Positions 16,440 to 23,243 of a stretch of 23,243 bases of DNA are shown piece after piece. A program made the translations under genes and the position numbers. The DNA lies in the IMG/VR virus record IMGVR_UViG_2671180823_000007; one strand, written 5' to 3'. Every line of letters starts with the position of its first letter. The first letter of the stretch is position 1. Source of the DNA: an uncultured virus (IMG/VR IMGVR_UViG_2671180823_000007) (taxonomy: Duplodnaviria; Heunggongvirae; Uroviricota; Caudoviricetes). The notes beneath the pieces were generated by a model. It saw nothing but the letters and a program-made list of their open reading frames with translations. It ran no database searches and was not told where the DNA came from.

Positions 16440-17338
16440 TTCTCACCCCACTGCATTTTGCAGTTGGTGCATTCGCGGCCGATGGCGGCGCCTTCGGGCA
16501 GGTCTATGGTGTGGAGGTAGTGGGCATCCACCCAGCCACAGCGAGGGCAGCTGCAAGTGGCTTTGAACTCACGTACCGGGATTGGGCTGGCGTAGCCGAG
16601 TAGGAACTCGGGTGGTGCTGGTTGCTCCGGGATGGCCTCGGCACCCTCGATAACGAAACGTGTACCGGTCCAGAGGTATCCGCACCGCCCAGTCTCGTCG
16701 TAGAACAAGGTGTTCTTGTCTTTCAAGGTCAGTCCAGCAGGAAGCTCACCTACGTGCTGGACGGCTGGTCCCATCTTCAAAGTGGCCGCGATACTTTGGA
16801 CTCGGTACAGGCCAGCGAGGATGGCCGCCAGTTCGGGGCGGTCATCCAAGTGCGGGGCGCCTTCCTGCTGTTCCGCGAGCTGCCGTTCCCATGGTGTTTG
16901 GGGGCGAATCGTGTCAGATTTGGCGAGCCCGTTCGGGCCTCGGGCGAGAGCCTCCTGGAGACTCTTGGCGTACAAATTGGTAACGAGGGCAGGCTGAATC
17001 GTTGACGGATGCCCACGGCACGCTTCTGAACCACACGCACATGCGGGTGCCTGTTCCCAGCACCGGCCATCCCGCGTGATTCCAGCCCGGAGCGGAGATG
17101 TCGAAGCCTGCCCTTGACCGATCGTGACGGCGCCGTCGATGGTGTGGGCGGCAAGGGAGCCGTTCACGGCAGTGATGGTGATGTTGGTGCCGGATATCTG
17201 TGTGGAGTTGTCGCCAGCCACCTGAACCCGGCTCGGGCCAGAATGGTCGCGCCTCCGGCTCCAGACGAGGAGCCATGCAACGTTGCACAACACGACCAGC
17301 GCCAAGGCGATGAGTGCGACCAATACCATTGCGGTCAC
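16436..17338 (-). CDS. Membrane-anchored hypothetical protein with C-terminal zinc ribbon
   Basis: N-terminal TM helix; CPRCG...H...RECTNC at C-terminus. Confidence 0.65.
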   Translation of the reverse strand: MTAMVLVALIALALVVLCNVAWLLVWSRRRDHSGPSRVQVAGDNSTQISGTNITITAVNGSLAAHTIDGAVTIGQGQASTSPLRAGITRDGRCWEQAPACACGSEACRGHPSTIQPALVTNLYAKSLQEALARGPNGLAKSDTIRPQTPWERQLAEQQEGAPHLDDRPELAAILAGLYRVQSIAATLKMGPAVQHVGELPAGLTLKDKNTLFYDETGRCGYLWTGTRFVIEGAEAIPEQPAPPEFLLGYASPIPVREFKATCSCPRCGWVDAHYLHTIDLPEGAAIGRECTNCKMQWGEK

Positions 17339-17568
17339 GTCTTTCTCCTGCTCTCTATCGCTAGGATGTCGTAGACGCAGCCGAGTGCGTCAGGCTGGGA
17401 ATCGAACGCGGCCATGGGTTTCAGCTGGCCGGGCCGCCATACCCACCAACGTGGCGTCGGAATGACACCGGGTAGTGGGGGCAGCTCAGGCCACGGCGGG
17501 CGCTCACCCTTCAAGGATTTCCGTATCCGCCAGCGTTCTAGTTGTTCTGGTGTCCAGTCACGCCCCAT
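17335..17568 (-). CDS. Small hypothetical protein
   Basis: 77-aa ORF in the coupled gene run. Confidence 0.55.
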   Translation of the reverse strand: MGRDWTPEQLERWRIRKSLKGERPPWPELPPLPGVIPTPRWWVWRPGQLKPMAAFDSQPDALGCVYDILAIESRRKT

Positions 17569-17968
17569 CGGGGAACACCTCCTCGTACGGGCGTACCGAA
17601 CGCAAGATGTCCCGGTGGTTCCTTATCGGCGCTTCACATGTTTCGCAGCGCAGGGATTCACCTCGGCCGGAGAGAATCGCGTGGAGGCCGCGTGAAGCTA
17701 CGTCCATGCAGATCTTGATGACCATCTGGGTAGCGCATTCATGGCACATGAAGATCACCCAGTTGCCGAACTCGTTGACGCCGTCGTCCTTGCATTCATC
17801 GGTCGCGTGGGCCTCAATCACGTAGACGGCGGCGTTCGGGCATGGTCCGTCATAGTGTGCGGCGCACTGGCATCCGGTTCGATGGCCTTGGAACTGCCCG
17901 TTCAGATCTGGTAGCTCTGAGGCAATGAGCGCCTGAATCCGAGCCTCCGACAACCGTTCCACCATCAT
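17558..17968 (-). CDS. Cys-rich hypothetical protein
   Basis: ATG 17968 (ATGA overlap); CQC, CHEC, CETC motifs. Confidence 0.65.
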   Translation of the reverse strand: MMVERLSEARIQALIASELPDLNGQFQGHRTGCQCAAHYDGPCPNAAVYVIEAHATDECKDDGVNEFGNWVIFMCHECATQMVIKICMDVASRGLHAILSGRGESLRCETCEAPIRNHRDILRSVRPYEEVFPDGA

Positions 17969-18198
17969 TGCGCCCCGGCGTACGGCGGATAGGTTATGGG
18001 CATCGAGGAGAGGACGGTCACGTACTTGCGCATCCGGTCGGCGATGACCGGGCCGCCGTCCTCGGCGGTCTCCTCGTAGTCGGCCGCATCGGAGAGGCAC
18101 AAGCGCGCCAGTCGCAACCCGAGGTCGATCCCTTCCTGGAAGGCGGTTTGTATGGCCTCCGGCGTGGCGCTGGCGCCTTCGTGGGTCGGCTGGGTCAT
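17965..18198 (-). CDS. Small hypothetical protein
   Basis: 77 aa; ATGA-coupled. Confidence 0.6.
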   Translation of the reverse strand: MTQPTHEGASATPEAIQTAFQEGIDLGLRLARLCLSDAADYEETAEDGGPVIADRMRKYVTVLSSMPITYPPYAGAQ

Positions 18199-18809
18199 CG
18201 GTCGCTCCTGACCGGTTCACCGCAACCGGCGGCCCCGAACTCATCCCACGGGATGAAGCGTTCGACCTCGACCTGACCGTCAGTGGAGGCGACGATCCTG
18301 TCCAGATCGTCGTAGGTTTCCGCTGACCATGTGTCAACCGTTCGACGGCACCAGAATCCCCATAGGCGTCTCCGGCGCCCGGTGATGATCAGGGTCCAGC
18401 AGGGGGTGCGCCCGGTGTTCCATAGGCGCACGCGCGGTGGCCTCTGCCCGTCCGCTTCGAGCTCGCCGACTTCCTGGAGGGTCTTGTCGAGGATGACCCG
18501 GTGCCTCCACTTGGCCGGGCGGAACGCGACGGAACCGGCGCGGCGGCGGCGTTCACCGGTGGGTGTCATTTCGGTGTAGCTGCCCCGCAGGACGATAGAA
18601 ACGAACCACCACGGGTGATCGTGTAGGGCGCGGTCTTCGTCGTCGCGTAGGAACTTGTGGAGGTAGACGTTCAGCCAGCGGTTCCTCGGGATCACGTACC
18701 AGCGCAGCAGGTACGTGGGTTCGCCTTCGGCGCCGATGGGCTGGTGGGGTTCCAGCCGGAGCCACTTCCGCAGCCATCGGTGGTTGTTCGGTCCTGTGGT
18801 GGTGCTCAT
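18195..18809 (-). CDS. Cupin-fold (cysteine dioxygenase-like) phage protein
   Basis: VYLHKFLRDDEDRALHDHPWWFVSIVLRGSYTE...RHRV...CWTLIITG; AAGGAG RBS before ATG 18809. Confidence 0.75.
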   Translation of the reverse strand: MSTTTGPNNHRWLRKWLRLEPHQPIGAEGEPTYLLRWYVIPRNRWLNVYLHKFLRDDEDRALHDHPWWFVSIVLRGSYTEMTPTGERRRRAGSVAFRPAKWRHRVILDKTLQEVGELEADGQRPPRVRLWNTGRTPCWTLIITGRRRRLWGFWCRRTVDTWSAETYDDLDRIVASTDGQVEVERFIPWDEFGAAGCGEPVRSDR

Positions 18810-18982
18810 CGGTTCTCCTTGGCTGCTGGTTGGTTGGGTCGTTGCTTCTGGTGGAGTGGCATCACGCCGTCGCGGCGGATGCGGTACGAGCGCTGGCAGG
18901 TGGGGCAGTAGGCGCGGCCTTCGCGCGGTCGGGTGAGCGGGACCTTGCCGCTGCCGGCGCAGACCTCGTCGCGGACGTTCAC
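18806..18982 (-). CDS. Small zinc-ribbon protein (58 aa)
   Basis: Read manually: MNVRDEVCAGSGKVPLTRPREGRAYCPTCQRSYRIRRDGVMPLHQKQRPNQPAAKENR; overlaps at both ends. Confidence 0.65.
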   Translation of the reverse strand: MNVRDEVCAGSGKVPLTRPREGRAYCPTCQRSYRIRRDGVMPLHQKQRPNQPAAKENR

Positions 18983-19623
18983 CGCTGGTCCTGGAGGCGC
19001 CCGAAGGCGCGGAGCACGGCAGCGGCGGCCTCAACGGAGTCCCACGCGGAGCGATCCCCGCTGTTGCGGTCCGGGTGGGCTCTAGCTCGTGCGGCTCGGT
19101 AGACCTTGTCGAGCGGCGAATTTTTGTCGCCAGCGGCAAGCCGGAGGTGGAGTTCAGCGTCATCGGCGGATTGGCCTCCGGGGGCTGGAGCTCCTGCGGA
19201 AGGGAGTTGCTTCCACCCGGCGTACTGCTGCCCGGTTTGGGTGACGCCGTAACGGTCCACCTTGCGGAGCGCTTCGAGCGCGAGGGCGATGGCGCGGAGG
19301 TTGTCCTGCCAGTTGGTGAAGGTGTCGCAGGGGAACGACAGTGGCCCTGTGCGGGATTCGACGTTCAGGATGACGCCGGGGTGCTCGGGTTTGGCTGTGG
19401 CGCGGGGCATCCCGTCCACGCGGAAGTCTTGCTCACGCATCGCGATCTGGAGGACGGCTGGCGCGTTCCGCTGGCCGTTCCCGAGGTGCCAGAGTTCCCG
19501 GTCGAGCAGGTTGAGGGTTTCGCTCCACTGCGCGGAGAAGTTGGAACGGCGCCGTTCCTCGGTGAGCTGGTGCGGCCAGGCGGTGATCGGGCGCAGGGTC
19601 ATGTTCGTGGGGTAGCTCGTCAT
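18979..19623 (-). CDS. Phage protein with C-terminal DnaJ-like J-domain
   Basis: NLRAIALALEALRKVDRYGV and YRAARARAHPDRNSGD (HPD motif); AAGGAG RBS before ATG 19623. Confidence 0.8.
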   Translation of the reverse strand: MTSYPTNMTLRPITAWPHQLTEERRRSNFSAQWSETLNLLDRELWHLGNGQRNAPAVLQIAMREQDFRVDGMPRATAKPEHPGVILNVESRTGPLSFPCDTFTNWQDNLRAIALALEALRKVDRYGVTQTGQQYAGWKQLPSAGAPAPGGQSADDAELHLRLAAGDKNSPLDKVYRAARARAHPDRNSGDRSAWDSVEAAAAVLRAFGRLQDQR

Positions 19624-20558
19624 GCGGACTCCTTGGGTGCTTCGGGGTTGCATTGGCAGCGGCGGAGGCTGTTGTCGTCGGTGTCGATCCAGCCGCGCCC
19701 GTCGCAGTCAGTGCAGGCGGCGATGCGGGCGCGGCGTTCGGCTTTCTCGCGGGCGGGGCGTTCGGCGTCCCAGGCCTCGCGGCGTTCGCGGTGCCGCTGG
19801 CATGCGCGGCACGGTTCGTCGGTGCCGCCGGGGTGCTTGGGGCAGTAATCGGGGGGCGGCGCGGAGCGCTCCCCAACCCAGGTACCTACGGAAGGTGAGA
19901 TAACACCCTGACCCTCACCCTGACCCGACCCTGAGGCGAACCCTTCTCCAAAGGGTTTCGGGAAGGGTTCCATTTCCCCAGGTGGCGGAAACCCTTCCGG
20001 AAACCCTTCACCAAAGCCTTCTGTAAAGGGTTCAGGAAAGGGTTCCGATAACCCTCGGGTAAGGGTTCCCAAGTGCGCCAACGCTTCCGCGTGTGCCCGC
20101 TTCAAGTTGTCGCGGAGCTTCACCGCTTTCGGGCTTTCACCCGCGATCGACGGCAGAGGTACCCGCTCCAGCTCTTCGGCGAGGACGTAGGCGAGTTTCG
20201 GTGACTCCACGTGGGCCGCCGAGCGGAGCGCGGACAGCATCACGTTGGGCTGCTTGCCAACCTCGTCTCGGCGCATGAACGACCGCACCAAGGTTTCCCC
20301 GGTGTCCTCGTCGGTGAACACGTACCGGCTGCGTTCCAGCCGCGCCAGGGCCTCCTCCACGGCCGTCTCCGGGGGGATGCGTCCGCCGTGGCGGAGGGCC
20401 TTCCGCCAGCGCCGCATGCTGATCGGCTGCACCCCGGCGTAGTTCATGGCCGGTTGCGCGATCAGCACACAGAACAGGAGCTTGTCGAACACCTCCTGCG
20501 CGCAGAAGTCCTCATCGGTCCACATCGAGAACCACATACGCCCGTACTCGCGAGGCAC
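19620..20558 (-). CDS. Putative replication initiator (RepA-like)
   Basis: N-terminal WTDEDF wHTH-like region, central EPF/EGF repeat linker encoded by DNA iterons, C-terminal CPKHP..C..C and CTDCDGRG zinc motifs. Confidence 0.7.
   Translation of the reverse strand: MPREYGRMWFSMWTDEDFCAQEVFDKLLFCVLIAQPAMNYAGVQPISMRRWRKALRHGGRIPPETAVEEALARLERSRYVFTDEDTGETLVRSFMRRDEVGKQPNVMLSALRSAAHVESPKLAYVLAEELERVPLPSIAGESPKAVKLRDNLKRAHAEALAHLGTLTRGLSEPFPEPFTEGFGEGFPEGFPPPGEMEPFPKPFGEGFASGSGQGEGQGVISPSVGTWVGERSAPPPDYCPKHPGGTDEPCRACQRHRERREAWDAERPAREKAERRARIAACTDCDGRGWIDTDDNSLRRCQCNPEAPKESA
19939..20067. repeat. Iteron array AACCCTT/AAGGGTT, candidate phage origin
   Basis: Copies start at 19939, 19951, 19963, 19990, 20002, 20014 (variant), 20026, 20038, 20050 (variant) and 20061; mostly 12-bp spacing, both orientations. 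Confidence 0.75.
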
Positions 20559-20586
20559 TACCGCTCCCCTTCCATCTTGTCGTTGT

Positions 20587-21294
20587 TCACCAGCCGAACT
20601 CCGTGGGGACGTACACCTGTGTCTGAGACCGGATGAATCCCGAATCCAACGGGGGCTGGTCTGATTCCGTCACCCGGATGAGGAGCCGCCACCCACGCCA
20701 ATCCGCAGTCGTCGCGGTGTGAACGTTCCACCAATTCCACGAAAGCCACTGCTCCAGCGGAGAATCCAGATACGCGCCTCGCTCGGAATATGGCGCGCTC
20801 TCAACCTTTTGTGACAGTTCGCGATACAGGCCCGAGTCCTCGCCATGTTCCAGGTCAACGGCCCACGGTTTGCGCATGAACCTTGTTGGGCAGTGGTTTC
20901 CGACATGGATCGTGTGGAAGCGGGGCCGGTAACCCTTCGCCTCTTGGGCGCATTGAGCCTCCATGGACGGCGGGCCAGCGTTGAACGGTGATCCAACCTG
21001 CTCCGTTACGGTGTGGAGACGTGGGACGCCATCGGTGTGCCAGCCCGGTATCGCCGGGATGAAGCCCGGCAGTAGCAGCGAGACCTTCGTGTCCACAAAT
21101 ACGTGCTTGTGGTCACCGACAATTGGCGCCTTTTCCAGGCAGCGCTTGACCGCAGGGCCGCCGAACAGCACTGCGTTCTGGAGGCTCGCGCGCTCCAGGT
21201 TCGGTGTGGCCGGCAGGCATCCCCGCTCCTGCGCGTCGAGCTCGACTCGCGCGCCGTGCTTGGGCGGCTCTACGTTGAACGTGTAGGCGGTCAC
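20587..21294 (-). CDS. Putative 2OG-Fe(II) dioxygenase-like protein
   Basis: IPGWHTDG (HxD), distal NVH and GWRLLIRV fit the double-stranded beta-helix metal/2OG ligand pattern. Confidence 0.6.
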   Translation of the reverse strand: MTAYTFNVEPPKHGARVELDAQERGCLPATPNLERASLQNAVLFGGPAVKRCLEKAPIVGDHKHVFVDTKVSLLLPGFIPAIPGWHTDGVPRLHTVTEQVGSPFNAGPPSMEAQCAQEAKGYRPRFHTIHVGNHCPTRFMRKPWAVDLEHGEDSGLYRELSQKVESAPYSERGAYLDSPLEQWLSWNWWNVHTATTADWRGWRLLIRVTESDQPPLDSGFIRSQTQVYVPTEFGW

Positions 21295-21587
21295 AGTTCA
21301 CCTCCCGCGTCTCGGCGCTGCCGCCTTCGCCGTAGGAGATCCATGGATTCCCTACTCATGTAGCCGATTTGAGTGGCGCCGAGCTTGATAGCTTCCTGGC
21401 GTTTGGATTCGGTTACGTCGTAGTGCGCGGTCACTTTGCCCTCGTGTTGGAACCACGAGCGCCGCAACCCAAGCCGGGCCGCGAAGGCGTGCAGCTCCTT
21501 GTCTGTGTCTGCCATCAGGTGCGACCAGTTGGCTTGGAGGCGGCCGACTCTGGCGGGTCTGCACATGTCATCTATGTAGACGGTCAC
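21291..21587 (-). CDS. DUF4031 domain protein
   Basis: TVYIDD...WSHLMADTDKELHAFAARLGLRRSWFQ...HYDV...R..AIKLGA. Confidence 0.88.
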   Translation of the reverse strand: MTVYIDDMCRPARVGRLQANWSHLMADTDKELHAFAARLGLRRSWFQHEGKVTAHYDVTESKRQEAIKLGATQIGYMSRESMDLLRRRRQRRDAGGEL

Positions 21588-22006
21588 TGGACTACCTGCC
21601 ACGGCTTGTCGTCGCGGACGTGCCACCCGAGCCCCGGCAGCTCAGGCCCACTTTCGACTTCCACCTGCTTGTCGCTCGGCGGCTGAACCACGAGCCATGT
21701 CAACCGCTGCTCAGCGTCCGAGTAGTAGCGGCGGGCGAGCCGCCCATCCCCATGGGTAGCGACGGTCCCCTCGGCGTACCCAAGGCGCGTGGAATTGATC
21801 CGCTGCAGGAGCGCGATCGCAAGAGCTTGAGCCGCTTTCGTATCGATCTTCTTCGTCTGGCCAGCGCCGTAGTCCGGCTTGAAGTTGACAGCTAGCCATG
21901 AGTCATCCACTGTCTCGCGCAGCAGCCGAACCAAGTTGGCTAGCTCGCCCTCGGATACGGTCACGCGACCATCCAGCCTTCTAGGCGTTGGAGGGGTGTC
22001 GGTCAT
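21584..22006 (-). CDS. Hypothetical phage protein
   Basis: ATG 22006 (ATGA overlap) after GGAG. Confidence 0.65.
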   Translation of the reverse strand: MTDTPPTPRRLDGRVTVSEGELANLVRLLRETVDDSWLAVNFKPDYGAGQTKKIDTKAAQALAIALLQRINSTRLGYAEGTVATHGDGRLARRYYSDAEQRLTWLVVQPPSDKQVEVESGPELPGLGWHVRDDKPWQVVQ

Positions 22007-22488
22007 GGTGTGTTCTCCGCTCTCTTGATGATCGCCATGCCCGCAGCCCGGTATGCGAGGGCCTGTACTACGTGCTGTGGCAATGGTTCTGGTGTCTTGT
22101 TGATCGAGACTTTGCGCTTCACTTCGACGCGCCCGAGCGGGTATATAGCGGTCGGTTCGTGAATCCACCACAGGCCGCAGCCGTAAACGGGCGGATGCTC
22201 GATGAGTTCGGCGGGCACGACGTACACGAACCGGTGGCACACCCGGCGCCACGGTTGGACCTTCTCCCAGGTCTCCCTTGCTGCGTCGGCCTTGGAGACC
22301 TTGATCTCAATCGCGGTGCGCTCCAGGCTGTCGAACATCAGCGCGTCTATCCGACGCGTGTAGGGCTGGCCGTGCCCATCGGGTAGCTCAGCCCAGGTTG
22401 GATGGTCGTCGTGTATCACCACTTCGGGTACCAGAGCGGCGTCGCGGTGGTGTTTACGCAGCGCGGCGAGCACATCGGCGGCGTTCAC
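22003..22488 (-). CDS. MmcB-like PD-(D/E)XK nuclease-fold protein
   Basis: RRIDAL...AIEIKVSKAD...K...W...CHRFVYVVPAELI...CGL. Confidence 0.75.
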   Translation of the reverse strand: MNAADVLAALRKHHRDAALVPEVVIHDDHPTWAELPDGHGQPYTRRIDALMFDSLERTAIEIKVSKADAARETWEKVQPWRRVCHRFVYVVPAELIEHPPVYGCGLWWIHEPTAIYPLGRVEVKRKVSINKTPEPLPQHVVQALAYRAAGMAIIKRAENTP

Positions 22489-23127
22489 GACGCGCCACCC
22501 CGTTCAAGGAACTCGATGCCTTCTGCGAGGGTGTCGAGCCCTACCGGCGCCATGTTCCAGGCGTCCACACCGACATGAAGCTGGCGCTGATGCACGTAAG
22601 GCAGATAGCTTGCGGTGCTGTGGGTATGGCCGTGGAGAAGCCACGCGCCTTCATCACGGAGCCGGTACTGGTTGTAGCGCTCGGCAGTGGTGTGGTCCCC
22701 CTGGTAGGGCAGGTGCGACATGAGCACCGTTCGGCCCCCGATACGGCGCCGCGCGAACGGCTGCACCGACTGGAATACCTGGAGGTAGTCGCGCTGCCAT
22801 TTGTGGGAGTCGCGGTACATCGGGTGGCATCGGTCGTGATTGCCGGGCACTAGGTGCTTCTCCCCCGGCCTCCGGTACAGCCAAGCAAGGGACTTCATCT
22901 GGGCGGCCGTTCGTCCCAGAGCTGTTGTCCCCCAAGTCCCATACCTGGTCCCCGGGGTGAACGACGGCATCCCACTTCTCCGCCAAAGTCCGGTCATGCC
23001 ACTCGATAGCCACAAGCTGCCGATCCGCAGGATTGGCCGGCAGGGCGATACCGGCCCGCTCCGCCCGGATCACAGCGACGAGCGCGTGCCCGATATGCAG
23101 GTCCGAAACGAACCAGACGGTCGTCAT
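22485..23127 (-). pseudogene. Calcineurin-like metallophosphoesterase split by a +1 frameshift near 22907 (may be a sequencing error)
   Basis: DLHIGH and LGD in one frame; GNHD and HGHTH in another; 643 nt = 214 codons + 1. Confidence 0.75.
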
Positions 23128-23243
23128 TGGGCTACCGCCTTCTCGGGGTACTGGTCCCACGTGCGCCCGTCCAGCTCACGCCCGGCGCGCTTCTTGCCGA
23201 CACGTTGCATCTGTGCTCGTGGATCATCTACATACGGCGGCTT
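23124..23243 (-). CDS. 3' end of a DUF5131 (phage Gp37/Gp68) family gene, truncated by the window
   Basis: Reads ...MQRVGKKRAGRELDGRTWDQYPEKAVAQ*, a typical C-terminus of this family; ATGA overlap with the phosphoesterase. Confidence 0.75.
   Translation of the reverse strand, partial: KPPYVDDPRAQMQRVGKKRAGRELDGRTWDQYPEKAVAQ

Noticed and set aside
20558..20749. 63-aa minus-strand ORF
   Set aside because: Lies almost entirely within the oxygenase-like gene in another frame
22900..22915. Programmed ribosomal frameshift in the phosphoesterase
   Set aside because: No slippery heptamer or homopolymer run at the junction; a single-base insertion or error is simpler
1..23243. Integrase, att site, structural genes or RtcB ligase
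   Set aside because: No ORF in the window shows the motifs, so prophage boundaries and a ligase partner cannot be assigned

Overview
High-GC actinobacterial (most likely mycobacterial) temperate phage or prophage segment. It has about 45 tightly coupled minus-strand genes, many with ATGA/GTGA overlaps, typical of the non-structural early/middle arm. In transcription order (right to left): the end of a DUF5131 (Gp37/Gp68) gene, a frameshifted calcineurin-like phosphoesterase, an MmcB-like nuclease, DUF4031, a 2OG-Fe(II)-like oxygenase, a replication-initiator-like gene with internal 12-bp-periodic iterons, a J-domain protein, a cupin, DUF4326, an HTH protein and many hypotheticals. Next comes a type VII-secreted polymorphic toxin cassette (WXG100-like, Tox-REase-5 toxin, immunity). 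The most striking element is an ~750-bp non-coding array (8171-8915) of five tandem Y-RNA-like (YrlA-type) units. They share a conserved scaffold, but each carries a different circularly permuted tRNA-mimic module. The array sits directly upstream of Ro60 (TROVE/vWA), DUF6283, an HTH protein and a Pol-beta-superfamily (RlaP-like) nucleotidyltransferase. All family assignments are from motif recognition by eye; no searches were run.
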